From Octopus bimaculoides (Eukaryota), in NCBI RefSeq assembly GCF_001194135.2, contig NC_068983.1:65418608-65482607 (forward strand): 64,000 nucleotides of DNA. Reading direction: 5' to 3'. Positions 25,980-38,831 of the stretch are shown here, piece after piece; positions within the stretch are counted from its first letter, which is position 1, and every line of letters begins with the position of its first letter. The position numbers were made by a program, and so were the translations under genes. Under the pieces are notes generated by a model, which saw only the letters and a list, made by a program, of their open reading frames with translations, had not been told where the DNA came from and did not search any database.

Positions 25980-27665
25980 TTTCAGTACAGTTTCAGCCGG
26001 TCAGTTTCTCTTTCTGAAAATCTCAGTTTCTCCAGACTCAGTTTAACAAAACCCAGTGCTCCAGCTATTACTCGTATGAATATGAATTCGTAGTCCGGAT
26101 ATAGATTTTGGAGGTTTCCAAGCACTTGTCCATAGATATCCTGTTTTTCTTGGATTTTCAAGGAGATATTTATATATGCAGGGCAAGTGACCTCTATGAT
26201 GGTACATACCTTTACACATCTGTCCGAAACAACAATATCCGGCATGTTATGTTTATATTTGACAGAAGTTTTGATGGGAATATTCCACCAGTATTCATTA
26301 TATCGGTGCTTATGAATGTATACCATAACAGATGGGAATTCTAATTTATTTCAGGACAGTCTTTTTAGTGGATGGCATTGTAAATTGTTTTATCAACAAC
26401 ATCGTGCCGCATAGAGAGGTAGTACTGTGACGATATTTTTTACATGCTTGATGTCTTCCACAGAAACATGACATAGCCTACACATGCGGTTGCACCTTGG
26501 GATTTCAATTGCGTCACTGTCTCTCTTGTTCACCATGTACATTATGACAATCTCCTGTTCCTAGATTGCAAGAATGTGATGTAGTGTTCTTGTGTCCAAG
26601 AGAGGTTGCGTTTCGTGTCAATTCGACTATCTTCTTCAAGCTTCCAGGCAACATACCCATGAATATTTTTTCTGCATGCTGAGTGCTTTCCATCCAGGTC
26701 TTCTCTGATGTAAGAGAGCCCAGCTGTTTTGGGGTTATATAGGAGATCGTCAGGAAGAGAGTGTTTCTTGAGGATTTCACTGCCAACCAACTCGTACAAT
26801 GTTGCTCACTTCATTGTACGAGTGAGCATATATATTTACTTTTGCTGCTATTATTTAGCAGGTGCTGCCTGAGTGATACCATACGGAATTCGAAGGCCGT
26901 CTGCACTGATCTCAGGCCTCTACTACCTTCATTTCTTCTTAGGTAGAGCCTGTAAACATCACTCTTTCTGTAGAAAATCCCAGTTGTTGTCAGAATTTTA
27001 CGGGTTTTGATAACTATGAAGTCGATTTCCTCTACAGACCTATCAAGTATCCCAAATTTTGGAATCAGCACTGGTACTTCAAATGAAATTGTGAGATATT
27101 GTTTTGTTGTAAGAGGAAAGTTCCGACTGCTATATTTTCCTGAATCTGATGTAATATTCTCGGGTCACTCTATCTTTATTCACACTTCCTTTATATGATA
27201 CATTTTCGTCTATGCCTAGGTACTTGTAACATTCTTTGTGTGGAATAGGGGAGATAGGGAAAACATTGTTGCCTATATTAGCTGAAAATGGTGTTACTAA
27301 TTCCAGTTGTATTTTTGGCATAGTTAACACTTTACCATAAATCTGCAGGTCGTCTACAAAGAAGTTATGAGCTACATGGATATTTCTAACAGTTGAAGAT
27401 CCATGTATGTAACCATTTATTTTCTGCAGTAGAAACGATAATGGATTCAGTGCCAAGATGAAAAGAAGTAGAGAAAGACTATCTCTCTGAATATTCCCTT
27501 TCAAATACGTATACTATCAGAAACAACTTTCAATTGTAAGGGTTAAGAATCGTCGTCCATTTCTTTTCAAGACTCTCTCTAGCAGCAAGCAATGTAGTAG
27601 GTACTTTTGCCAGATGCAGGCACTTCAACAGCCATGAATGAGGTATGGAGTCGAATCTCTTCTTA
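25980..27665 (-). mobile_element. R4/Dong-like non-LTR retrotransposon fragment (RT plus restriction-like endonuclease)
   Basis: YKKRFDSIPHSWLLKCL, RDSLSLLLFILALNPLS, HNFFVDDL, YKYLGIDEN (RT); HNMPDIVVSD..IIEVTCP..QEKQDIY..AGALGFV (RLE, PD..D/E-type). Confidence 0.88.
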
Positions 27666-30570
27666 TAGTATGTATGTATGTATGTATGTATACGTATGCG
27701 TGTATGTATGTATGAATATATGTATGTACGTATGTATGTATGTATGTGTATATGTATGCATGTGTGTGTATGTATGTATGCATGTATGTATATATGTATG
27801 TATGTATGGGCAAATACTAATAATTCAATCTCGTACAACAATAGTCTGCATCTTATTGAATGGTGAAAAACAAAGTTTGCCCGATAGAACATTAGGAAGG
27901 TAATTAAAACCTCTTGCAGTAGTCGTGCATTATAAAATTTCTATTATGCATTGTTGTTTTATTTGATCTTTTAGTAATGATGACATAATAGTGTATTAAA
28001 ATAATGGCTGCATTGTTCTAGGAACACGGCCTGGAGGCATGGTTCTCTTACGTGTATCATTTTTAATTGCATTTCAATCAATAAGATTCTTCTACATGTT
28101 CTTTAAAAATGAAGTTGATTCCACTTTCAACAATTAATGAAAAACGTATTAAAGATATATTTCAACAAACAATATTACTTTTTTGTGAGTTAATAATCGA
28201 TGTGTTTTATATAATCATCAGTTCTCATTTACAGTCGTCACTAAGAAGCAGGTTGTTTGGTAGATGGAGTAGCATGCATAATGGTCAGTTCATAATATGC
28301 TGTATAGAGATGGCTCCACATTCTCGAGCTCAGTCCACAACACATTCGGTCGTAGAACAAATACAACGTCTCCATAGAAATCAGATTCTCATGTCTACAT
28401 AGAGCAACTTTGTTTATGTATGTTTTCATAATATTGCGTATTATACTAGTCAGCCCATATTATGTTGCATTATATAACCGATTTCAGCCTTTCTTATCTA
28501 TTTAACGAAATCAGTAACTTCATGCATTGGTTTTGAAACTGCATATGTTTCTATCCAAAATATTAATCTAACGCATAGAATTTATTGTCGTACATGTCAT
28601 GTGCCGCTTGAGATTCACTTGTACATTTTTGAAAAGTTTAGAATTCATATATATATTTTGCTTAAAATATATGGCTTTTTTAACATCAGCTTAAGAATTG
28701 TATTTGACTTATTTACAAATGAATCGATATGCATTAGTAAAATTAATTTCCAACATTTTCAGACAATTACTCTGAAAATTATTTATTTGGGGAATTATTT
28801 GTTTTATGCAATATGTTACAATACTTTTAAAAATTTTTACGGAAGTTGATAAGAATTTATTCATTAATAAAACCTGTAAGATGTGCAAGTTGCTTCAATG
28901 GAAATTTCATAAACAATTTGCTAATGCAGTTAGGTTTGTTAGCCAATTGACTTATTTTCCCTTGTTCCTATCTGATTCCAAAACCCATACCGTGTTTCAA
29001 ATTATTCTAATGTTCTCTTTCTTTGTAATTGTCACTTTCTTTCATTCTTATTTGAAATGCTTCTTTGACGCTGGAGGAGAAGATTGGCAGTAATTTAATT
29101 GTTCAGAGCAAAGGAAAGCATCGTTGGCAAACTAAGGATCTTCTATTTTCGAGAAGATGTCTGTTTCACTCGGTTAATGCATTTCGGTCCACCAACCGCA
29201 CATTCGGAGGACTAACGCCTTTTAAAAATCTTAATCAACTCTACGTTCCCTCATTTTTATCTCCGATCCTCATCCTCTGCTTTATTCTTGGCTCTATACT
29301 GAATTCCATGAAAATGTATTCCCTAACCTAGAGTTAGTAACCCTAGGATTCAATGTGACACGGCTGCATGATATAATCTATAAATGTGACGCAATTCTTA
29401 GCTCAGATATACTTTTGGTATTTAACAAATGAAATCTTGACACTAACTTATTTCACATATTCACATACTTTCTTTATTGTTTCTCTATTGCTTTGTTCTT
29501 TCGAGACGTTGTTTCGAAACATCGTTAAATACAGCGGTTTTACTATTCTAGGAAAATGATTTTAGAAATAAACAATAGTATAACTGTTTGTAAAGTGTGT
29601 ATTCATATTGTTCTATATTTAACTATTATCAGAACTGGTTATAGGGTGTATAATGCTTTGTTTCATTATTCTTTTACCTTGTATTCCATGTGTGTGTTAT
29701 TTCCATTAAATAGCTAACGGTCATTAGATGCTATTCATATCGACCAGTGTTCACGTGACAACCTTTATATCAATACTTCATGAAGACGTTAACCAGATAA
29801 AAATAATTTATTGATATGCTTGGATCTTTCAAATAACATCAAAATATTGGCTCATTAATAAATTAAGCGTTTACATAATTGATGTCTGTAATGATTACAA
29901 TGACCTGCGTTAGAATCTATCCCACTCGAATTTATTGACGTGTAAAGAAAAGAAAGCACATAAATAGTCGAAAGTTTGCTAGTTTTTTTTCTGTTTTGTG
30001 TGTGTGTGTGGGGGGGGGGGGTTCATCACTTGGATTCTATGTAGCATTCTACTGTAAAAGACTTGTGAATACTTGTTACAAATAAGGCATTAAGCTATTC
30101 AATGGCGTGTGTAATAATGGCTCCTGAACATAGATTTTGGAATTCAGTCCCGTGTACTGTATGAAGAGATATATTCAAGCAATTTTCTTCTAGCATGCAC
30201 TTGGATATTAAAACTGCATATGGAAGTTGTGTTCCTATTATAGTCAGAAAATATAACAACTTATACTAGTACTATATCTAACCCATTACCACCCATAATT
30301 CTATTAACTGGATTTCTTTTTATAAAACTTTGATTTCTAGCATAAAACGGCCTTAGAAACACGCTGCAATGATCAAAATAACATTTCAAAATAACATTTT
30401 AAATAGAGATAAATGAGATATTGGGTGAAAAATTAGCAAACCTCATTTGAATATCAGAGAGATATACCTAGTAGATATAGCAAAAAGGTTAGCTATGTGT
30501 AAATATTGACAGATAATTACGAAATTTTAATTTTTAAGTGATCTCATATGAGATCACTGGTAGATAATAG

Positions 30571-30884
30571 TTTAAGAGATGAGGAATTATTTACATTTGA
30601 CAGATATTTGTCCTCATCTTGTTTGTTGTTAACACAACATTTCGGCTGATATACCTCCCACCCTTCATCAGGTGTCTTGGGGAAATGTCGAAACTGGCTT
30701 CTCATTCCCAAGATATTTTTCGATGGGGTTATTATTATTATTAGTAGTAGTTGTAGTAGTGGTGGTAGTAGTAGTAGTAGTATTAATAGTAGTAGTAGTA
30801 GTATTCAGGTCACTGCCAGGAATCGAACTCGGAATCTTGGGGTTAGTAGCCCGCGCTCTTAACCACTACGCCATATGCCCGTGG
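30571..30884 (-). mobile_element. SINE family D: tRNA-like head, (AAT/TAC)n, hammerhead-bearing tail (complete copy)
   Basis: Head GGGCATATGGCGTAGTGGTTAAGAGCGCGGGCTACTAACCC..GAGTTCGATTCC (A and B boxes) at 30884-30804; tail matches 31323-31500 and 32300-32466. Confidence 0.85.
30631..30676 (-). ncRNA. Minimal type I hammerhead motif, degenerate copy
   Basis: GACAC-CTGATGA-A-GGGTG-ggaggtatat-CAGCC-GAAATGTT^GTGTT; one helix II mismatch and C15.2>U. Confidence 0.5.
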
Positions 30885-31322
30885 GAAACTTCTTAATCTT
30901 TCATTATAATATACAAAAAAAAAAGATTACTCATATTCCTTAGCCAAACATTATTATATGTTGATGCAGGACAAAACTTATTTCCACGAAATGTTTTTTT
31001 TTTATTTATTGTACTGTAAAATTGCATTAAATTTTACCTGTTTAACCGCTTTAATGTTATAACCGCTTTCGCAAAATGTTTATGTCTAATCCAAGAGAGA
31101 AATTATTTGCAGCACAACATTTGATAGGAATATACTCTATTCAGAGATCAGGAAACAAAGTAGGAGGTCAGTACATGGTCAGTTGAAGTTATAAATATGG
31201 AAGCAGAATCACCTCCCAAATGATACCATATTTTCTGAGAAAATATGTGGATATATGCGTCACCAGATTAATGTAATGTCTGTTACATTATATAAGAAAC
31301 AAGTACAGAATGCAGTTCTATA

Positions 31323-31522
31323 TTTAAGAGATGAGGAATTATATACATTGTTTACATTATTTACATTTGACACATATTTGTCCTGAACTTGTTTGTTGTT
31401 AACACAACGTTTCGGCTGATATACCCTCTAGCCTTCATCAGGTGTCTTGGGGAAATTTCGAACCTGGGTTCTCATTACTAAGGTATTTTTCGATGGTATT
31501 ATTATTATTATTGTTATTAAGA

Positions 31523-31574
<52 letters not shown>

Positions 31575-31580
31575 GTTGTT
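31323..31580 (-). mobile_element. SINE family D copy 2: tail plus (TAA)n; remainder of head at 32123-32151
   Basis: High identity to 30571-30730; the TAT tract is interrupted by the Dong-like insertion. Confidence 0.85.
31401..31446 (-). ncRNA. Minimal type I hammerhead ribozyme, Penelope-type, best family D copy
   Basis: GACAC-CTGATGA-A-GGCT-agagggtatatc-AGCC-GAA-ACGT-T^GTGTT: helix I GACAC/GTGTT, helix II 4 bp, palindromic helix III ACGT, GUU triplet, one extra A after A9. Confidence 0.7.
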
Positions 31581-31583
31581 GTT

Positions 31584-31898
31584 CAGTAGTTTTATTTTTA
31601 TAACGTGCTTTCACTTCACTACCGAGCGCAGCTCTGTGCGACTTGGGCATGTGCTGTGGTTTGCTGTGGTGCTCTTATGTTTACTGTATTGAAAGTGTTT
31701 TGCGTAGAATGTGTGCAGTACCCAGTAGTGCAATTTTCTGTATGCTATATATATTTGTAAGTCCTGGTGTTTTTGTTATGTAGTTGTCTGAATATTTTTT
31801 TATTATACCTAAGGCACCTACTATGATAGGGATTGTTTCTGTTTTTAGATTCCACATTCGAGTTATCTCTATTTCCAGGTCTTTGTATTTTGAAAGTT
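31584..31898 (-). mobile_element. Dong/R4-like LINE 3' end (RLE C-terminus plus 3' UTR) inserted in a (TAA)n tract
   Basis: SKYKDLEIEITRMWNLKTETIPIIVGALGIIKK..QKIALLGTAHILRKTLSIQ*; 3' UTR matches 49576-49670; 5' part lost in a gap. Confidence 0.88.
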
Positions 31899-32149
31899 NN
31901 NNNNNNNNNNNNNNNNNNNNNNNNNNNNNNNNNNNNNNNNNNNNNNNNNNNNNNNNNNNNNNNNNNNNNNNNNNNNNNNNNNNNNNNNNNNNNNNNNNNN
32001 NNNNNNNNNNNNNNNNNNNNNNNNNNNNNNNNNNNNNNNNNNNNNNNNNNNNNNNNNNNNNNNNNNNNNNNNNNNNNNNNNNNNNNNNNNNNNNNNNNNN
32101 ATTATTATCATCATTATCATTATTCAGGTCACTACCGGGAATCGAACTC

Positions 32150-32220
32150 GGGCATATGGCGTAGTAGTTAAGAGCACGGGCTACTATCTCCAAGACTCCG
32201 AGTTCGATTCTAGGCAGTGA

Positions 32221-32303
<83 letters not shown>

Positions 32304-32466
32304 TCGAAAAATACCTTAGGAATGAGAACCCAGGTTCGAAATTTCCCCAAGACAACTGATGAAAGCTGGATGGTATATCAGCCGAAAGGTTGTGTTCCCA
32401 ACAAACAAGATGTGGACAAATATCCGTCAAATGTAAATAATACAAATAATGTAAATAATGTAAATA
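32150..32466 (+). mobile_element. SINE family D copy 3, complete, head-to-head with copy 2
   Basis: GGGCATATGGCGTAGTAGTTAAGAGC..GAGTTCGATTC..GTGACCTG(AAT)n..GACAACTGATGAAAGCTG..CAGCCGAAAGGTTGTGTT..(AATGTAAAT)n. Confidence 0.85.
32351..32396 (+). ncRNA. Minimal type I hammerhead motif, mutated copy
   Basis: GACAA-CTGATGA-A-AGCTG-gatggtatat-CAGCC-GAAAGGTT^GTGTT; mismatches in helices I, II and III. Confidence 0.45.
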
Positions 32467-33799
32467 CAGAATGATTACTACTTCAATGCATTTCTTCACA
32501 GACCTGCTTAATCAGGACTGACCTAGGTGACATAACACAAAAGATACAGCGTTCACTCGTTTTCCTTAGTTCGTTTGATTAATCCCGTTCATGTTTACTC
32601 TTGTTGAAGAAACGGCCAAATCGACAAAGGTTTGACGGCCGTAGATGCTATACATTGACTGAGATATCTCTCAGTGGTCATGTTTATTATAAAATTGAAA
32701 ATCTAAGGATGATGACCAAATTATACTCTAGTAATTCTTGATCCTATATGTCCTAAGTAGACTAAGGATTATACAGGTTTTCCACTACACAAATCTGTTT
32801 CTAGATTTTGAACTTCAGCTGGCTTAAGACCTTACTAATTCAACAATGATAATAATGTCATAATAATTTGTTACGAATAATCATTCGAATATTTTTATAG
32901 AAAGCATTTTTATATATACTGCAGGTGGAAGAATAAATAGTTCTGCTAATACTAAATTTGAGCTACAGAACTTTATTTTCTCAATATGTAAACTGAATGT
33001 ATAAAGACCATTATTTGCACTGAGGTAACTAATTAGAACCATACATCGAATCGCTGTTTCGGACACAATACAATTCAGCTGTAGTTACCAGGCGCCATGA
33101 TTGTGTCTCTAATTAGCAAGAGATTTTACTTTTCTCGTCGGCTTTACTCACAAGTAACTGAACAAAAACCACGTCATTTTGAGATATCACAAACTACAAT
33201 AACTCAGACACAAAGAAGTCTATTAACTGCAATTCAATGCTGTTTATTATTCGAGTTGCTTTGTTATGCGACGAAAGCTATTTTAATTATGATATTCATA
33301 TCGTGTCTATTAAGAACAAAGACATTGGCATTTCAAAAGTAATACTAAAGACAGATGCTTTTAAATGTATGATAAAATATAGATTTATTGAAATTATTAT
33401 TATATGAATCTCCAATCTGTAACTATGCTTCCAAACAGATTATTTTAAATTGTATAACTTCATATACATTAGGGTAGTTATTACTCATTAACATTATGGA
33501 GAAGAAAACTTTTCTGCATAGTACCATCGTTTTCCTTGCAATTTCGTGTTCAATGTTTAATTTTATGGATTATATAATGGATCTTAGAAGAACGACACAG
33601 TCTACATATTCGCAAACTTTATTTTCATTGTATTCATCTTCATTGAAATTCTTTTATGAATATTTAATAAGGGAAGTCGTAGCTGCAGCACTGGAGTTTT
33701 ATCTGTTACTTCTGAACTACATGAGGTTAAAGTTTAATGTATTTGGACAGACCTGAGCCTTAGGACTTGAGCAATAATACTAATAACATTAACGGTTTC

Positions 33800-34010
33800 A
33801 ATTTTTTTACACCCGGCCAGCAATTTCGAATGAGTGCTTAAGTCGATTGCATCCAGCCCATTGCTGAAATGGTGAATATTTGATGCAAGTCGATATGATG
33901 ACAGTGAAGTTGATTTTGGTGGAATTTGAACTCAGGACGTGAGGACGGACGAAAAGCTTCTAAGAATTTTGTCTGGAATGCTAATGATTCAGCCGTCTCG
34001 CAACCTTTTA
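33800..34010 (-). mobile_element. SINE family C copy, diverged
   Basis: TTAAGTCGATTGCATC..GGAATTTGAACTCAGGACGT..GCTAATGATTC matches 14270-14425. Confidence 0.65.
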
Positions 34011-34734
34011 ATAATACAATTAATAGTGTATATATAAATATATATGTAAATATTGAAATGTATGGATGAATTAGCTGCAGCCTGTCCAGTGTAAAAAACA
34101 CAATGCCACAGTACTTATCAATATCACTGAGATACCACTTCAGCCTTTCAATAGGTATCGCTCACCTTTGGTATGAAAACGCAAAACGAATGCGCTTATC
34201 TACAATGGTGATAACTCTGGCATTAATAATTTCTATAGACTATCGGCTATTTCATTAGGCGTATATACAAAAAATACACATCTACTATGTATTGATATAC
34301 ATATTCATGACTGTAAAAGCGCTACAAGTATATCAGCCAGATCTAGTGAATTCTACTGGTGTGCATGGGCAACTGCTGGTCTTCCATGACTAAACTTGCT
34401 CGGAATTGTGCCTCGGAGAGAAACATTCTAGGTGCAGTCCCATAGACATTCATGACCGAAGGGGGTCTTTATATTTCATGCATACATGCAGATATATATA
34501 NNNNNNNNNNNNNNNNNNNNNNNNNNNNNNNNNNNNNNNNNNNNNNNNNNNNNNNNNNNNNNNNNNNNNTATATATATATATATATATATACGGCCTGCT
34601 TGTTTGTTGCACCTTGTTTACCATTTTTGTCCTTGTTCTTTTGCCACGTCATGTACCCAGTTATGTATCTATATGTACATGTGGATGAACGTATATACAT
34701 ACATGTACATATATATGCATATACTCATATATTG

Positions 34735-34773
<39 letters not shown>

Positions 34774-35092
34774 ATGTATGTATGTATGCATGTATGTATG
34801 TATATGCATTACCTATATCTATATATATGTGTACATATGTGTGTGTGTGTGTGTGTGTAGGTTTGGTGATGCAAACAAAAAAATTAAGACTCAAAATATA
34901 TATTTATAGTGAGTAAATATTTAGAAGAGGTAACAGAGTGAATGAAAGACTGAGAGTTTCGTGGCGTTGGCATTATTAAACTGTTTGGTAAGTGCCAAAG
35001 GAAAAAAATGACCGGCCCTTGATTCACTCCGTTGCTTCTGCTACATATTAAAAAAAATATCTACACACACACACTCGTACATACACAGTCAC

Positions 35093-35141
<49 letters not shown>

Positions 35142-36349
35142 TGAACGGACAGACAGACAGACAGACATACAGATGAACGGACAGACAGACAGACAGACAG
35201 ACACATACATACACACGCACACATATCGTTACAGTTGGAATTTGCGGAAACTAAATCCATACATAACTATTCGACTTCTTTCGTATCAGTTCGTAATTTA
35301 TCATTAAAGCAGTAATTAACCAGCATTTATTTACCGCTACTTATTAGTGTCTGTAGAAACCACTCCCTTCTTGATACAAAGTTTTATGCAGTATAAGTAT
35401 TTTACGTCATCCATTTCAGATCTTGATATCCAAAAAACAATTGAGATTAAGAAATCGTATTATTTTATTGTCGAGGAATTTTCTGAATTTAAAATACATT
35501 GATGACGTACAATTTCGCATTATATTGTTTAGACATACAGCAATTGCAAAAAGAAACAAAATGAATAAGGGTATAAACTTCATCTAACAAGGAATTTGCT
35601 GCAGAGTGAGAAATGCGTATTCTGTGACTCTTTAGGAGTGGTACACATATGAATGGAATTAATAGTATGGAATTTTTCATAAACACAATTTTAATAATGT
35701 TGCACAATTGGTGTTGATTCACGAATAGTGCACATTTAATACTTACATTGCATTGAATTAATTGTTTAAACTCCTATAAATGTCAAGCCAAAAATATTTT
35801 TAGCACTCACACAATTAAATTAGGCATTCTTACAAATAATGATTCAAAATGTGTTAATTCATAGAAAGCTAATTTCAACAGTATGTACATAAAATACAGT
35901 TTACAAGACATATTTATTATAATACATTGATTTCCCCCTTACATTGTAAAACGATTTTGCAATCAGTGTGATAATCTCAATACAATATCAAAGAAAAGAA
36001 GAATGCAGTTAGCTTTGGTTTCTTTGAATTTTATTGGAAATGGTTATACAAATGCTATAAAAAGGAATAAAATCTTTTACGGATTGAATTTTGGTGTAGA
36101 ATATATATATTCATCCTTCCATACGCGCGCGCGCTCACTAATANNNNNNNNNNNNNNNNNNNNNNNNNNNNNNNNNNNNNNNNNNNNNNNNNNNNNNNNN
36201 NNNNNNNNNNNNNNNNNNNNNNNNNNNNNNNNNNNNNNNNNNNNNNNNNNNNNNNNNNNNNNNNNNNNNNNNNNNNNNNNNTATATATATATATATATTG
36301 TTGTATTGCACGTTCGACGTGAGTTATTACGAGATAATGAATAACGTCT

Positions 36350-37546
36350 TCGCAAATCGTTCTACTCAAGATACACAATACTTGTAATTACACTCGACAA
36401 TACGCAACACGGCTTTACACAGTTCATCGACTCTCTCTTTCACTACTTTGGCACTGCGTCCATTCATATAGAGGGGAGAGCACAAGGATAGACAGAGCTC
36501 CACAGTAAGGACAAAATACATAAAACGAATGAAAATATGACAAAATGTATAATGTAATCGATGATGATGAAATGGCAGTATTGAGCCCCACACTCAAGCA
36601 GTACCATTTAACTATTAATTTATACAATTTTTTAAAGTTTTATTTTCTTTATGCATCTTTTTTACATTTTGTAAAAAGTCTATTTCCCTTTTTTTCCTTT
36701 TAAAGGACTCCTTTACTACCATTCATTAAGGGTATTAATTCTTCATATTTAACTACTTTTGGTAGTTCCTCAAATTCAATCGCTTTCCCGAAAGGTTTCA
36801 TCCCATCTCCTAATAGGTCTTTTAATCTTCTATACCTTTCCTTGTCAGTCACCACACCTTGGATGTGTTCCGGGTAAATTTCTGTTCGCAGTTTAATATT
36901 TATGGCACGTTTAAACTTAGTTATTTCCCGCTCTATGGCGGTGCTTTTCGCATATGTGACTACATGCCACTTTTTCTTATTCCCATTTATTTGTTTATGC
37001 TTCAGACCTAGGTCATCCGGGCTAATCGTTTTCCTTGGTTTCTTCGTTTGCACATCAAAATATTCATCCACGATTATGTCTCGTTCCCACCCTATGTTAC
37101 GATACCTCTGCTGGTATATCTGACCAGTTCCTCGGTACCTCCTCTATTTCCTTCATTCATTTTTGGCTCTCTGACAGTAAATGGTTCCTCTTTATTTTCC
37201 TTTCTTCAAACCCTTCCTCTTCGGCGAGTTGTCCTTCGTGTTGTTGTTCCTCTACTTTGCTTTCTTGCTGAGAGCACCTTGCTTTCATGTGCCCTCTTTG
37301 TTTACATCGAAAACATTTTCGAGGTTATCCCTCCGCCATCACACTTAATGTAATGTCTTCTGGTAGAAGAATCTCTTGTACAATTCCGTGTAGGTTTTTT
37401 AACCCAACTTGAATCGCCATCTCTAGGCTGTAGCCCCAACAATTAACTTTCTTCACTCTGGTTATTTTCAAAATCTTTGCATCTTCCTCCGTTCCGTGCA
37501 TGACAGCTGTCACCAGTCATGCCTCTTCGATCTCGTAGGGCAATCT

Positions 37547-37593
<47 letters not shown>

Positions 37594-38300
37594 TTCTCTC
37601 TGTCTCTCTCTCTCTCTTTCTCTGGCAACACGTTTGCCACTGTACGTCGGCAACAGCACCCATTTTTGTTTCCTTATCGGCTCAGTGGAGTGGTTAATAG
37701 CGTCCTCCTCATTGGAGAAAACAACCTCCACTGTGCCGTATTTCCTTCCACGTGTATAAAAGGTAGTAAGGTGTTTCACGTCTCCTAAACATTTCTCTAT
37801 TGCTTCTATTGGCGCAATCTCTATTTTTTGGTACAAGTTCATAATGTCCTGTACACTACCGCCCTCCTTGCTACATTCCTCGGCACTTCTTCTGGTGGGG
37901 TCAGTTTTAAGCTGTCCCCTTTCTTTTGTAACAATTTATATCCTTCTTTCCATTGCTTTGTCTCTATCTTTATCTCACAAACTTCAAGGGTGTTGGTCGC
38001 AATACCTTGTGTAATAGCGGATGCATAACTTGTGTCACTCTCCATTTCACCTCCTTTCACCATAACTGGGGGAAGAAAATCTCCAAAACAGGCAAAAACA
38101 GCGGCAGAAACCAACAATTTATCAATTTAACGAATCCTGGTTCACCCGCACAGAGAAACCTATAATATATAATAACAGTGTGTAATAATAATAGTGTGTA
38201 ACAATTTAACTCACGTTTTAAAGAAATCAACACCAACACCCAAAAATTGCGACCCGAGTCTCTCCACATACTCCCTGTGCACGTCCATTTATATTGTGAA
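36350..38300 (-). mobile_element. ORF1-only retroelement (L1/Tx1-type ORF1: RRM-like region plus CCHC knuckle), frameshifted, no ORF2
   Basis: Segments MESDTSYASAITQG (ATG 38063), TFYTRGRKYGTVEVVF (RNP1-like), CFRCKQRGHMKARC (CX2CX4HX4C, 37315-37274), ending at the stop near 36700. A (GA)n tract has expanded inside the ORF at 37552-37621. Confidence 0.7.
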
Positions 38301-38374
38301 GCCAACCAAATAGTGATGTTCTAGTTCCACATAATACCTCCCCCTTTTGAGATCGGCTCTTTCTGAAGAGCCTT

Positions 38375-38730
38375 CCCGTCCAGAGAACAAGCTGTCATCA
38401 TTCCACTTTCGCCTCCTTTTTACGGCCACACCTCGAATACTGTTGCCCACTGTGGTCTCTCCATACAAAACATCTAGAAAATTGAATCACTCCAGAGGGC
38501 ATTTCCTAAACGACTTAAGGGCATGACTGATCTCGATTAGTGAGACCGCATTAAATCTCTGAAACTCTATTCTCTCCAGCGCTGCACGATGTAGAGAATA
38601 TACCGTAAGCATTGTCCAAACGACCTGAACATTACCTTCAAGGTTCATTCAAGGCTGGGTCAACGGGCCACACATGCCCTTCCTAATTCAGCATCACAAC
38701 ATATAGGTACCCTGCGACACAATTTCTTTT
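38375..38730 (+). mobile_element. CR1-clade LINE fragment, RT C-terminus
   Basis: LRPHLEYCCPLWS and KIESLQRAFPKRLKGM..DRIKSLKLYSLQR, with stops and a frameshift. Confidence 0.85.
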
Positions 38731-38831
38731 TTTCAACATTGCTTGTTTTCAGTTTTTCGATATCAGTGAATAATTTCACTGGAAAAACTTATATACATTT
38801 GCCAAGGGATGCCTTTTGCATCGAAGGTCGG

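Noticed and set aside
30804-30884. tRNA genes (also 32150-32220, 60562-60640 and the family A heads)
   Set aside because: A and B boxes are present but there is no complete acceptor stem; each continues into a SINE body.
31681-32499. 272-aa ORF with poly-Leu as a membrane protein
   Set aside because: Chance read-through of SINE D, (TAT)n, a gap and the Dong RLE C-terminus.
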